63,357 nucleotides of DNA, filler included, from Folioceros fuciformis (GCA_049999805.1; 14 parts of 14 records of this genome joined end to end with filler, not necessarily neighbours in it); one strand, 5' to 3'; counted from the first letter of the whole stretch, positions 17,270-29,774 are shown. Notes: generated by a model from the letters alone, not told the origin. Numbers and translations: made by a program.

Positions 17270-18901
17270 GGGTGGATGGGTCCGCAGCCCAGTCACTATC
17301 CGAAAAACCATACAAGTTGAAGGGCTCTTCAGATTTCGAGTAAGTTATGCTGTACCCTACGGTGCCTTTAACATACCTAAAAATCTTTTTGACTTGTTGC
17401 CAATGATCGGTTGTGTATGCAGACAAGTGCTGGGACACCAGGTGCACTGGAAACGCTAAGTCTGGCCTGGTCAGGCATGATAAATATATCAAACTCCCGA
17501 CGGCTTGCTTATACGGTATAGCAGCCACCTGAGCCTTCTCTTCAGATTTTAACATGTCGAACGTTGGTGCCTTTTCCAGCTTTACCCCCGCTGTCAGTGG
17601 TATCCGCGATGGATGTGCCTCATGCATGCTGAAGCGCTTGAGAATGTCGTTAATATACTTACCCTTGCTGACGGATATCGTGCCTGTCTCTATCTCGCCG
17701 GATGTGTACCCTGAGCATATAAACTGGGTGCCCCATATCAGACATCGCAAACTCATTTCTCAGCTGGGCTTTGACTTGTGTGAGCAACTCAACTGAATTT
17801 GTTGCCAGCATGATATCGTCGACGTACACCAACAATAAAAGGTAGGAATCGCGCTGCCTCAATACGTATAAATTTTGATCTGCAGCTGATTTCACAAATC
17901 CAAGTTTGATTAACGAGGCATCTAATCGCTGGTACCATTTGCGGCCACTCTGTTTGAGGCCGTAGATGGTTTAGTTTAACTTGCAGACTAGATCCTCCCT
18001 CCCCTTCATCACGTACCCCTCAGGTTGGGACATATATATGTTCTCCGTGATGATACCATTGAGGTAGGCACATTTAACATCCATTTGGCCTAATTCCAGG
18101 TTTTCTGCAGCTGCAAGGGCCAATACTAACCTTAATGTGGGGAATTTGACGACAGGTGCGAAAGTTTCAGTGTAATCTTCCCCGTAACGCTGAGAGAACC
18201 CTCTCGCAACAAGCCGGGCTTTATATCTTGCGATTGCACCATCTTGGGTGAACTTTTTCTTGAAAACTCACTTGCTGGAAATCAAATTGCGGCCAGGGGG
18301 TAATGGGACCAACGTCCATGTATCATTCTGAATCAAGGAAGCGTACTCCTCGTCTGCTGCTTGCTTCCATTGCTTAGCTTCCTTAGAGTTGAGTGCCTCA
18401 GTTATTGTAGGAGGATCAGGTGCAAAGTCCACAGCCGCAGCTAACGCAAAAACTTGCTGCTTTGTAAAGGGCTCCGTGCACATGAACGGATGTTGCGGGA
18501 GTTCATGTAATAGCATGTGCATGCTAGGTGCAATGTCAGATGCCGCAGCGGAACCTTCAATTTGTGCAGGACTAGTTCCTTCCTCAACATCCCCTGTATT
18601 CCAATTAGTGTGGCTCATGGAATTCTGCCACTTGCTTGGACTATACAGTTGAGGAGGTTTAATATGCTCTCTGGAACGCAGAGTGCGACCAGAATGCTGG
18701 GATTGAGTGTTGGGCGCTGATGAAGCCGCTACAACCTCAAGTTCCTCTCGATTCGACTCAATTGAGGCCAGGGGCCAGGTGCCAGGGAGCGAACCTGCAT
18801 CATCAGATTCATCGGACAGGTGTGATTCCTCCTCCGCCTCGGTGTGAGTTACAGGGTATTGCTGGGCAGCTGGGTCATGTGCTCGTGGTTGTTCATCAAA
18901 A
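17270..18901 (-). mobile_element. Ty1/copia pol fragment (RT), degraded copy A
   Basis: KARLVARG, YGLKQSG, LLVYVDD, TRPDL, GFSDSDWA. Carries stops, a frameshift and an internal deletion relative to copy B. Confidence 0.95.
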
Positions 18902-19001
18902 NNNNNNNNNNNNNNNNNNNNNNNNNNNNNNNNNNNNNNNNNNNNTTAATTAATTAANNNNNNNNNNNNNNNNNNNNNNNNNNNNNNNNNNNNNNNNNNN
19001 N

Positions 19002-21356
19002 TGCGATGTGTTGTAGTGCCCGCTGCCCGGATTTTGCTAGCTCGGACTTTTTTCGCAAGCCCATGCCTTCGCAGTGCCTCTCCATGCACTCAGCTGTAAC
19101 AGGTTTGGTCAAGGCGTCCGCCATATTCAGCGATGTGTTCACATATTCCAGTTCCACGTCGCCTTGCGCTACCACCTCGCGTATGAAATGGTGGTAAATT
19201 GCAATATGTTTTGTTCTGCTGTGAAAAACTGGATTGTTTGCCATTGCTATGGCTCCCATGTTGTCACACATTATCTTTCTAGCTGACCTTTGTTTCTGTC
19301 CAACGTCATGTAAGCATTGCCTGTCCCAGAGTGCCTCGTTAGCTGCCGATGTCAGAGCTTTGTACTCTGCCTCCGTTGTGGACAGGCAAATGTTCTGGTT
19401 TCTTTTGCATGCCCAAGACAGTGGTCCGCCTGCAAGCATGAAGATATATGCTCCAACAGATCTTCGGGTGGATGGGTCTGCAACCCAGTCACTATCCGAA
19501 AAACCATACAAGTTGAAGGGCTCTTCAGATTTCGAGTAAGTTATGCTGTACCCTGCGGTGCCTTTAACATACCTAAAAATCTTTTTGACTTGTTGCCAAT
19601 GATCGGTTGTGTATGCAGACAAGTGCTGGGACACCAGGTGCACTGGAAACGCTAAGTCTGGCCTGGTCAGGCATGATAAATATATCAAACTCCCGACGGC
19701 TTGCTTATACGGTATAGCAGCCACCTGAGCCTTCTCTTCAGATTTTAACATGTCGAACGTTGGTGCCTTTTCCAGCTTTACCCCCGCTGTCAGTGGTATC
19801 CGCGATGGATGTGCCTCATGCATGCTGAAGCGCTTGAGAATGTCGTTAATATACTTACCCTGGCTGATGGATATCGTGCCTTTGTCTCTATCTCGCGGGA
19901 TGTGTACCCCGAGCATATAAACTGGGTGCCCCATATCAGACATCGCAAACTCATTTCTCAGCTGGGCTTTGACTTGTGTGAGCAACTCAACTGAATTTGT
20001 TGCCAGCATGATATCGTCGACGTACACCAACAATAAAAGGTAGGAATCGCGCTGCCTCAATACGTATAAATTTTGATCTGCAGCTGATTTCACAAATCCA
20101 AGTTTTATTTACGAGGCATCTAATCGCTGGTACCATTTGTGGCCACTCTGTTTGAGGCCGTAGATGGTTTTGTTTAACTTGCAGACTAGATCCTCCCTCC
20201 CCTTCATCACGTACCCCTCAGGTTGGGACATATATATGTTCTCCGTGATGATACCATTGAGGTAGGCACATTTAACATCCATTTGGCCTAATTCCAGGTT
20301 TTCTGCAGCTGCAAGGGCCAATACTAACCTTAATGTGGGGAATTTGACGACAGGTGCGAAAGTTTCAGTGTAATCTTCCCCGTAACGCTGAGAGAACCCT
20401 CTCGCAACAAGCCGGGCTTTNNNNNNNNNNNNNNNNNNNNNNNNNNNNNNNNNNNNNNNNNNNNNNNNNNNNNNNNNNNNNNNNNNNNNNNNNNNNNNNN
20501 NNNNNNNNNNNNNNNNNNNNAGAACCCTCTCGCAACAAGCCGGGCTTTGTATCTTGCGATTGCACCATCTTGGGTGAACTTTTTCTTGAAAACCCACTTG
20601 CTGGAAATCAAATTGCGGCCAGGGGGTAATGGGACCAACGTCCATGTATCATTCTGAATCAGGGAAGCGTACTCCTCGTCTGCTGCTTGCTTCCACTGCT
20701 TAGCTTCCTTAGAGTTGAGTGCCTCAGTTATTGTAGGAGGATCAGGTGCAAAGTCCACAGCCGCAGCTAACGCAAAAACTTGCTGCTTTGTAAAGGGCTC
20801 CGTGCACATGAACGGATGTTGCGGGAGTTCATGTAATAGCATGTGCATGCTAGGTGCAATGTCAGATGCCGCAGCGGAACCTTCAATTTGTGCAGGACTA
20901 GTTCCTTCCTCAACATCCCCTGTATTCCAATTAGTGTGGCTCGTGGAATTCTGCCACTTGCTTGGACTATACAGTTGAGGAGGTTTAATATGCTCTCTGG
21001 AACGCAGAGTGCGACCAGAATGCTGGGATTGAGTGTTGGGCGCTGATGAAGCCGCTACAACCTCAAGTTCCTCTCGATTTGACTCGATTGAGGCCAGATC
21101 ATCATCCACAGCGTCGTCATCTAAGTCATCCTCCCTTTGAGGTGAAGTAAATTCTAGGTTAGATGCTTCTTGCCTAGACATTTGCGTCTCAAGCTGGTCA
21201 TCGTGTTGTGCCATATTGTGCTGTCTCACATGGGTGCCAGGGAGCGAACCTGCATCATCAGATTCATCAGACAGGTGTGATTCCTCCTCCGCCTCGGTGT
21301 GAGTTACAAGGTATTGCTGGGCAGCTGGGTCATGTGCTCGTGGTTGTTCATCAAAA
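19002..21356 (-). mobile_element. Ty1/copia pol fragment (end of integrase region, RT, RNase H), copy B
   Basis: FDE..., WTLVPLP, KARLVARGF, YVDD, STTEAEY, HSRTKHI, ADALTK. One in-frame TAA at 20109-20111 and a 100-N gap at 20421-20520. Confidence 0.96.
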
Positions 21357-22072
21357 NNNNNNNNNNNNNNNNNNNNNNNNNNNNNNNNNNNNNNNNNNNN
21401 TTAATTAATTAANNNNNNNNNNNNNNNNNNNNNNNNNNNNNNNNNNNNNNNNNNNNGGACCTACACTGTTTGAATAGGTCCCGTCTAGTCCCATTTATTC
21501 AGCCGAAAAACTCGCGAGAGGGGGGTGCATCCGAATCGTCCGCAAATCGCCGATAACGGCTATGTAAGTTACTATGTAAGGAAATAATCTGGAACGAAAA
21601 GGCACAAAACTAGGCCATGCAAAGTGGCCCTAAGCAAGTCCGTCAAATCCACCGTCGAGTCCATGGGGCCAGTGGACCCCACGGATTAACCTCCCAGGTC
21701 ACAAACCCTCAAATCCTGAAATGGTGCACCAAGTATGTACTCAAGTCTGTCCTCAGTATCGATGGGTCTGAAGTACGTCGACAGCTTAAGCCAAAAAAAA
21801 ATGAAAGCCTATATTGCAGAAAATGCACGTCTGCGAGTGGCATCTGTCAAAGCAGCAGGTCGCGGCTGAGTCAAATGAGGAGGGTTCAAAGGTGAAGAAA
21901 AGGGGGAAGACAAATCACTATAACCAGCTAACACAGGACCATCAAATCGTAAGAGATGTGTCTCAAGTGTGAAGCCTTGGTTCTATGTACAGGTAGCACA
22001 ATTGAGTTGCAGACATAAGCTTCTGAAACTCTGTTAAAGCTGGCTCACTCAAGGGAGTAGCAAAAAGCTGAT

Positions 22073-22810
22073 TCAAAGCAACAGCTTGAACGTCACCAAA
22101 AGAAGAAACACGATGAGAACCACCAGTAAACACATGACCATGAGAGAGCAACTTTTGCCAGACCGTTGACTGACCAGGCCCAGTTTCCTCTGTACCATCT
22201 GCAGGACACGGAGTGAGCATAAGAAAAGAGATTTGCACATGCATACAGCAGTAGAGTCGAAGATGCATACCCGCATGCGATTGTTTGTGGCATCCACATC
22301 CTGGTCAATATCATCCTGAAACACCCAATCCACGGCAAGTCTGTTGAGTGAACCAGCACCACGGATTTGGAAGCGAGAACAATGAAAACAAGTCTCTGGC
22401 CCGATAACGATGGTTTACCAGGAGACGTGTGTGAAGGTCCAGTTCCTCATTCACAGCCAAAGCGATGTGCTTCGTGCTTAGAACTGTTGCCTCCAGTCCG
22501 GCAAGATCAGCATCCTGCTCTGCACCATCGCTCAGAAACCGTGTCCGTCAGCTAACAGAACAACTGACCCACGTCCAAACAGATCCGCAAGACTGCCGAC
22601 GCAGGCATAAACCCCTTCAACCTCGGCAAAACACAGTCACGCAGAGCAACCAGAACCAGAACCTACTGGCATACCCTTCATGATCTGCCGTTGCAGATGG
22701 ATGACTCCCAGGTTGTCCAGATCAGAGGTGCGGCTTGTCTCTGCTGCATTGCCCCTCTCATCCTGGGAAAAAAGATTCGACCTGGCCTTGGGATCCCTCG
22801 TCGCGGCCAT
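22073..22810 (-). CDS. SYP5-type (SYP51/52, syntaxin-8-like) Qc-SNARE, four exons, apparently short N-terminus
   Basis: Spliced product MAATRDP...DLDNLGVIHLQRQIMK/EQDADLAGLEATVLSTKHIALAVNEELDLHTRLL/DDIDQDVDATNNRMR/MVQRKL...C-terminal TM helix. Confidence 0.85.
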
Positions 22811-23304
22811 TATCCAGAGAAGGGCTGGACGGGGGCAACCTGGCCCCCGTGACGCCTAAAGATACAACCGGCCAGGCCCGGTAAGCGGGATCCAACGATC
22901 GTACCAAGCCACCAAAGCTTCTGGTGGTAGCTTAGTGGTGTCGGACGGAACAGATGGCGCCCCTGGAGCTCAACTACGATCTACCTTCGACGCGGAGCGA
23001 TTAGAACTAGGGCTTCTGATAACAGCGGTCAGGCGTTTAGAGCAAAGGAAATAAGAAAGGAACAAAGCACAACAAACTTTCCGTACAATAGAACTCCACT
23101 CCCGTAGGCGTGGAAGGGCAAGCGGGAGACGGTTCCCTACAAAGCATATTTACCAATCACATTTTTTGTTTTTTTGGGAGTGGTAAAATATGCTCAACAG
23201 TCTCCATCCAAGACACCTAAACATTAGGGATGAACGATTATAAAAGAAACCATCCCCAGAATCTAACCTACCTACACTAATTCAAAAAAAGTCCTAAGAT
23301 CATT

Positions 23305-23853
23305 TTAATTATTATGGTGCTTTTTCTTTGGGCGAAGCCTATATTTTGGCCTACCGTTTTGGTTTGCGAGTCCCCAATAGGGCTCCCATGGATCACCAGT
23401 CTTATTTTTTTCATCTGTCAAAGAAAAGACATAAACAGGGAGTTCTTGATGTGGCCGCTTTGGAGTTCCCTTCTTACTTTCCAAGAAATGCACAAGAGCT
23501 TTGTTGTAATGAGCTGCATTAGCAGTGGTCGCTTTTGGGTGACCATGAGTAGGCCACCCAGTTTCTGAAACCATAATTGTCATATTCTTGTATCCTTCTT
23601 TACTCAAAGCAGTTGCCACCATGTCGTAAGTAGCTTGGAATCCACTCGGATAGATTGCATTTGTCACGTTATTGTCTTCAAAAGCCCATTCAAAGGGATA
23701 ATTAGCATCGTTAACGACAGCATAGAAGGGATATATGTTCACTGAAAATGAGCCATTATTGTGGTGCAAGAACCTCAAAATATCTCTCAGAGTAGGGAGT
23801 AAGCTTTCATCGAAAGCTGCATTGTCAACACTAGTAGAATTTGAAGATAGCAC
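23305..23853 (-). CDS. Glycoside hydrolase family 17 beta-1,3-glucanase, 3' part
   Basis: F.VNIYPF, IMVSETGWPT, KGTPKRP, YVFSL.DE, YWGL....G.PKY. Truncated at the linker. Confidence 0.9.
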   Translation of the reverse strand: MLSSNSTSVDNAAFDESLLPTLRDILRFLHHNNGSFSVNIYPFYAVVNDANYPFEWAFEDNNVTNAIYPSGFQATYDMVATALSKEGYKNMTIMVSETGWPTHGHPKATTANAAHYNKALVHFLESKKGTPKRPHQELPVYVFSLTDEKNKTGDPWEPYWGLANQNGRPKYRLRPKKKHHNN

Positions 23854-24083
23854 NNNNNNNNNNNNNNNNNNNNNNNNNNNNNNNNNNNNNNNNNNNNTTA
23901 ATTAATTAANNNNNNNNNNNNNNNNNNNNNNNNNNNNNNNNNNNNNNNNNNNNGCACAAGCGGACTGCAAATTTCATGGCTCTTCGTCACAAACCAGTCA
24001 GTCATATGCATGTCTTTGTCGCAAGCCGCCTTGTGAAATGATCACCACACATTGATTCCACCTAGCCCTTAGTTGCTCACCTA

Positions 24084-25790
24084 CATTCAGACCCTTCTCA
24101 TTGGGAACAATTGGGAGTAGCAAAACTTGTCCCATTCAGAGGGGTTCCATTTAGGCATTTTCATCTTTTTTTTTGAAAATAAAAATATTTAAAAATTATA
24201 AAATCTTTTAAATTAAAAATTCGAAAGAACTTAAAAGCTTCCAAAAAAATCCAAAATGCTCCCGCATACTACATACCTGCCAAGCTAATTCTAGTTTGCT
24301 GGGTTAAAATAATCATCAATCCTTGATTGATGTTGAGTTGCTTTCATTCAATGACTAGCAATATGTTTTCCCAACTCAAAATGCAACTTCATGTGAATCT
24401 CTTCCAAAAACATCTTCATTATCCTCATAGCATTATCTACAGTATCCTCTGTCGTACACGGACTTGGAGCTATGGTCTTCATTGACGCTATATCATTCTC
24501 CTCACCTTCCTCATTGGAGGGATTAATGCTTATCATATTTCGTCCTCTCTAGAAATATATGTAGTCTTCAATCCTTCATCCTCCTCAAAGTTCAGATACT
24601 CTTCAGCTGTCATCGTTGGATATCCAACAATAGCAATTCCTGTCATATCCTCATATGTTAACAATGCTAAGCTTTGCATGGACTGTTTTAGCTCTTCTAC
24701 CTGTGTTTCCAACGAATTAGAGTGATTTTGAGGATGCGACAATTGATCCTCTAGATCATATGGTGCGCTATTTAGATCTAAAGACTCATGGAACCGAGCA
24801 TCTTGTGCATGCAATTTTGCATCCAAAGTGTTATGCCTCCAATAATTGCGTATGGTATGAGGACTCACCAATGATGTCCAAGCTTTTACCAGCATAACCA
24901 TTGCTTGATAGTCACGGTACAACTTGATGCACTTATGAAGCAAGTCATCTGAAATTGTGGCACCTTAAGGTTGGATTGCAAGAGCCCACACGTGTACTAC
25001 GTGGTCAATCTGTGGGCATACGACTGCTCTATCCCTCATTCCTGCTATATTAGTTGTTGGACCAATGGCAGAGTCCAATCATTTATCTTTATCATTCACA
25101 ATCCTAGTCAATGCACTTTTAGAAGCCGCTATTCAAAACTTTTCTGTTGTCCATCTAGTCAACTCCTTAAGTGTGCAAGAGTGTTGGACATAATATTCGC
25201 AAACCTCTTTCTTTTGTTGCTTTGTTAGGGTAGCATGCTTGTGTGGCAGATTGGGCGGCATTGTTCCTACACGTCAAAAAGAATAGGTAAGGAACACATG
25301 CAAAATATCTCACAGCAAGACAACAACTTATAGCATCATAACACAACTTACAACACCATAACTTACAACTTGTACAATGAAACAACTTATGTACTAGGAA
25401 CAATGTGATCATAGCATAGTGTACAGAACTATTACATATATAGGCCCACCTTGATGATTGTCTATGTTTTATGATATAATCTCGATAGTCTTTAACTTGA
25501 CATAATCTCAATAACTCATGATTTAATCTCGATAAGATGATTTCTTCAATTTTTGATATAATCTCGATAGCCTTTAACTTGACATAATCTCAATAACTCA
25601 TGATTTAATATCGATAAGATGATTTCTTCAATTTTTTTATTTTTTTAATATGTATTTTTCCTTTTATAGAGGTGTACTTGCATTGAATGTTAGGGAGACT
25701 TGTTCCCATTTACAAATTAGAGGGGGGGTTTCCCATTTGGCATATAGCACATTCAAGGAAGTAGAGGTCCCAATTAGTGGGGTTTGACTG
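24084..25790 (-). mobile_element. Decayed pogo/Tigger-like (Tc1/mariner) DNA transposon with TIRs and TA flanks
   Basis: Left TA-CATTCAGACCCTTCTCATTGGGA matches, with a few mismatches, the reverse complement of right TCCCAATTAGTGGGGTTTGACTG-TA. Internal minus-strand remnant AWTSLVSPHTIRNYWRH resembles the pogo DDE_1 C-terminal motif (AW..V...TI.NCW). Confidence 0.75.
25473..25636. repeat. 82-bp direct tandem duplication inside the pogo-like element
   Basis: gatataatctcgatag...gatttcttcaattttt repeated at 25473 and 25555. Confidence 0.85.
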
Positions 25791-26218
25791 TACTTCCAAA
25801 ATATTACCCCCAAAAAAAACACTACCATGCACACGTGATAGGGGTCCCAATTAGAGGGGTTTGACTATACTTCCCAATTAGAGGGGTTTGACTATACTTC
25901 CGAAATATTACCCCTAAGATAGATAAACACTACAGGATTCCCAATTAGAGGGGTTTGATTGTACTTCCGAAATATTACCCCTAAGATAAACACTACAGGG
26001 GTCCCAATTAGAGGGATTTGATTGTACTTCCGAAATATTACCCCCAAGATAACCACTACAGGGGTCCCAATTAGAGGGATTTGACTGTACTTCCAAAATA
26101 TTACCCCCAAGATAACCACTACCATGCACACACGATAGGGGTCCCAATTAGAGGGGTTAGGGGTCCCAATTAGAGGGGTTTGACTGTACTTCCAAGATAA
26201 ACACTACCATGCACACAC
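25766..26218. repeat. Minisatellite (core period 63 bp) built from the transposon TIR plus flank
   Basis: About 8 copies of (G)TCCCAATTAGAGGGGTTTGACTGTACTTCC with variable following sequence. Confidence 0.9.
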
Positions 26219-27470
26219 AACACAGAATATGCTAAGATATTGCATGCAATTCACACATTTTGCTTATACGGACGACTCTCAATGCTGGTTAAAGTTGATG
26301 GTGTGGGGCCACCTATTCCTAGTTGGGCCCATTCCAAAATTACATCAAAACCATCAAATTCGTCAGTAAATTCAAATAAATAATAGAAGGGAGAAAATTG
26401 CTGCTTATTTAATATTGGGTAATGTACACTCTCCTGAGTTCCCCAATCTGGGATAATTCGTCAATGTATCCCATATTCATAGAAACCTAGGGTGCATCTT
26501 CCAGGTCACCATATTTTGCACACATGTCCACCAAGTACCTAAGCTGCCCAACACTATCTTTCCACAATCTCTAAGTGTAGCTGCCTGCCCGCTTGCAAGG
26601 CACCAGTGCTCGCACAAGCAGAGCTCTAGAAGGCAAGCAAAAGCACCATTAAGACGTCGTATGTTTCGCTGCTGTCTGTCTATGTGGTGAGACTTGCTTA
26701 GCATTAAAACTAGGATGCATGCGTGTACCCGAGCACCTGACTGAGAGAACCCTGTACGTCAGGCGCAGTCAGTCCACCAGGCAGCTGTCCACTACGTTAC
26801 GTTACGTTACTCAGAAGTCATCTTTTCACAATCTTGTAGTGTAGCTGCATGCCAGTTTGTAAGGCACCAGTGCTCGCACAGGNNNNNNNNNNNNNNNNNN
26901 NNNNNNNNNNNNNNNNNNNNNNNNNNTTAATTAATTAANNNNNNNNNNNNNNNNNNNNNNNNNNNNNNNNNNNNNNNNNNNNAAGCTTTGAGGATAGGGG
27001 TGAATATGAGAATTTTATTCTAAATTTATTATTACTTTTTTATCATTATATAATGAGTTTAATCACCTTTAGCACCTTCTTAATATATGACACATGAATT
27101 CTGGTCTTCTTTCAATTAAATATTAAGATACGTTTTTCATCTCTTCTTTCAATAAAATATTCTATCTTTTTAATAAATGATTGATTTTAACACAAGAGTG
27201 GATCTTATCTTTATCTATTTATTTTCATATAATTTTTAATAAAAATATGAAGATTTTATAAGTATGAAAATCCTAGTAGTTGTTAAGTTGTGGTACTAGT
27301 TCTTGCTACTTCTAGTCAAGGCATTAGTTGTGGGACGTGTCTAGTTTTTTGACGATTAAGTACACTGCTACACAAGTTCTAAACCAATAATTATAGTGCT
27401 ATTGGCGCACTTGTTGTGACACTGTTTAGCTTTCTAAGCCACTAAGTACATTCCTGAAATTCATCCTTCT

Positions 27471-28185
27471 TTAGATTGAGTATATTATTCTCTCTATATA
27501 TATTTTCCTCTCAAGAACATTTCCCTCTCTTGCATAACATAAAACTCTACGCAGTTATTGTACATCAAAACATAGAACCCAAGGCTTCCATCCATATCAG
27601 ACTCAGAGGCCAAAGCCAGGAGGGAATGGACGCTTTGAAACACAGTGGTGGTCTTCAGTGCGTGCTTTTTTCTCCCTGATTCCTCTTGAATGAGAATCTC
27701 TGACCCTGCTGCAATTCCTTGGCCCCCAATATGAACTTGCTCTGTGCAAGAAGATGGACAGGTTATAACTGAAACTGAGTAAGAACAAGAGGAACTCAGA
27801 ATACTAGCTTCGATGTCAAACCTCTCCTCAGCTCCTCCTCAAACTTCTTCAGGTCCTTATCAAGCTGCTGAATGTGGCTGTCCACCTGCACAAGGGACCA
27901 GTCATCAGTCTTGCAGTAGAGTTAAACCATAAGACGGTTCGAAAAACTGTAAGACTTGCACCCAGTGAATCAGAAACATACATGGAACACAAACCACATC
28001 ATAAGTTTGTTGTGCCAAAGTCGCTTTGTAATCAGCAACCTCGAGAGCTGCCCTGTGGGCTTCTATAATGCTTGCAGTGTGATTTTGAATAAGAACTTCC
28101 AGTCCCGAACCACCAGACTTCTGTGCTGCTTCAGTGACTTCCTTGTGCCCATAAACACAGTTTTCCAGCATTGCCTTCTCATGCT
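27471..28185 (-). pseudogene. ING1-like (inhibitor of growth) fragment: coiled-coil exons present, no PHD finger; 5' end missing
   Basis: Spliced ...ALEVADYKATLAQQTYDV/VDSHIQQLDKDLKKFEEELRRE... matches the plant ING N-domain. The following frame runs into AT-rich sequence and stops with no DPNEPTYC PHD motif. Confidence 0.65.
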
Positions 28186-28418
28186 CTGAAAAAAATGCGG
28201 TGAAAAGCATGTTACAAAATGGTTGATAAATTATGATGCCAAACAACTAACCGGTTTATGCGAATTGGCACCAGAATCCAAGTGGCTAAAAAACCCGGCG
28301 GCTAGGATGCCCATAGGCNNNNNNNNNNNNNNNNNNNNNNNNNNNNNNNNNNNNNNNNNNNNTTAATTAATTAANNNNNNNNNNNNNNNNNNNNNNNNNN
28401 NNNNNNNNNNNNNNNNNN

Positions 28419-28640
28419 TCGTCACCAGCCCTTCCATCATCAGACCCTCTCCCGCGCCTGTCGTCACCAGCCCTTCCATCATCAGACCCTCTCCCGCGCC
28501 TATCGTCACCAGCCCTTCCATCATCAGACCCTCTCCCGCGCCTGTCGTCACCAGCCCTTCCATCATCAGACCCCCTCCAGCGCCTGTCATCACCAGCCCT
28601 TGCATCATCATCCCGCCTTGCATTTCCGCGCCTGCCATCA
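28419..28640 (-). repeat. 42-bp coding tandem repeat (DGRAGDDRRGRGSD)n
   Basis: Near-perfect repeats in the RBMX2 tail that run into the linker. Confidence 0.9.
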
Positions 28641-29774
28641 CCCAGCCTATCATCATCTCGCCTTGGATTCGACCCTCTTGCTGCTGGGTCTTCATATCGA
28701 GATCTACCATTGTCACTGAATCGTGACCTCCGACTTTCAAAGCCCCTCACCCTCTGATCATCATGTCTTCTCCTCGTATCGAAATCTGTCGGTCTTGCAT
28801 TGTCAGATCGATCAGATGACCTGCCTGGCTCATAGCGGTCATGAACCCACCTTGAACCATCAGCTCCACGGTCTCCCTTGGATCCCCCAGCCCCAGGACC
28901 CCAGCCTGTGTTTGCATTCCTCTGAAAAAGCACAAGCACAAACAGTTTCAGAAACAAGCTCAAGACAGACACTGAATTTCGCTACCATGAAACCTGTGAG
29001 AAGAGCACTACCTGTTCATCATGAGAGAATCTACAAGACGAACCACGAGTGCATTCTCCTCGTTGGAAGTTGTAGCAGACCCCACGCTCTTCCCTCTTCT
29101 TCTGCTCCTCTTCTTCGTCCTCCTGTATTTTCCTCTTATAGTCCAGAACATGGTCAACCTTCAAAACTCGTCCCAGGACTTTAGCGCCATTCAAATTATC
29201 TGCCAACCAAGAAAGAGAGCCCACCAAACCATCCACGTTTAGACCATCCATGTTCGGAACAACAACAGAACCCAGTCACCAAACTATCAGAACAATGTTC
29301 ATCAAGAGAAACCTCTTGCATGTTCTAATGTAGAGAAGGAACAAGGAGGGCTCACCAACTGCGAGCACGGTGCTCCTCTGATCTTCATACGCAACAAACG
29401 CGTACCCCTTCGACTTCCCAGTTCCCTTGTCCCTAACAAGATTGAGATCCACAATCTCTCCGTACCTATCACAAAACTTAGGTCAATAGTGAGCAGCCCA
29501 GCTTGAAGTACTGCTACTGCTGCTGCCAGACCTCAGCAAAGCCTCTCCAAAACCTCACAAAACAAAGCACCACCAGCAACAGGAAGGGAAGATACACATA
29601 CTGAGCGAAAACGGAAAGGACGTCCCCCTCAGTGAGGTCGAAAGGCAATCCCCCTGTGAAGATGTAAGCTGAGTTTTTATATCTGGCGTGCCAAGACCCG
29701 TCGTCGGAAACTCCCGCCGCGGTCTCCCTGGCAGTGATCTTTTGCAGGTTCTTCACCTGCGTCAGCGGATTCAT
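28419..29774 (-). CDS. RBMX2: RBMX2/IST3(Snu17)-like RRM + CCCH zinc-finger splicing factor, 3' truncated
   Basis: MNPLTQVK, SWH..YK.SAYIF.GGLPFDLTEGD, TGKSKGYAFVAYEDQRSTVLA, DNLNGAKVLGR.LKVDHV, CYNFQRGECTRGSSCRFSH. Confidence 0.92.

Noticed and set aside
25766..26218. CRISPR-like array of ~30-bp repeats with intervening sequence
   Set aside because: The intervening parts are copies of each other rather than unique spacers. The repeat equals a transposon TIR, there are no cas genes, and the context is eukaryotic.
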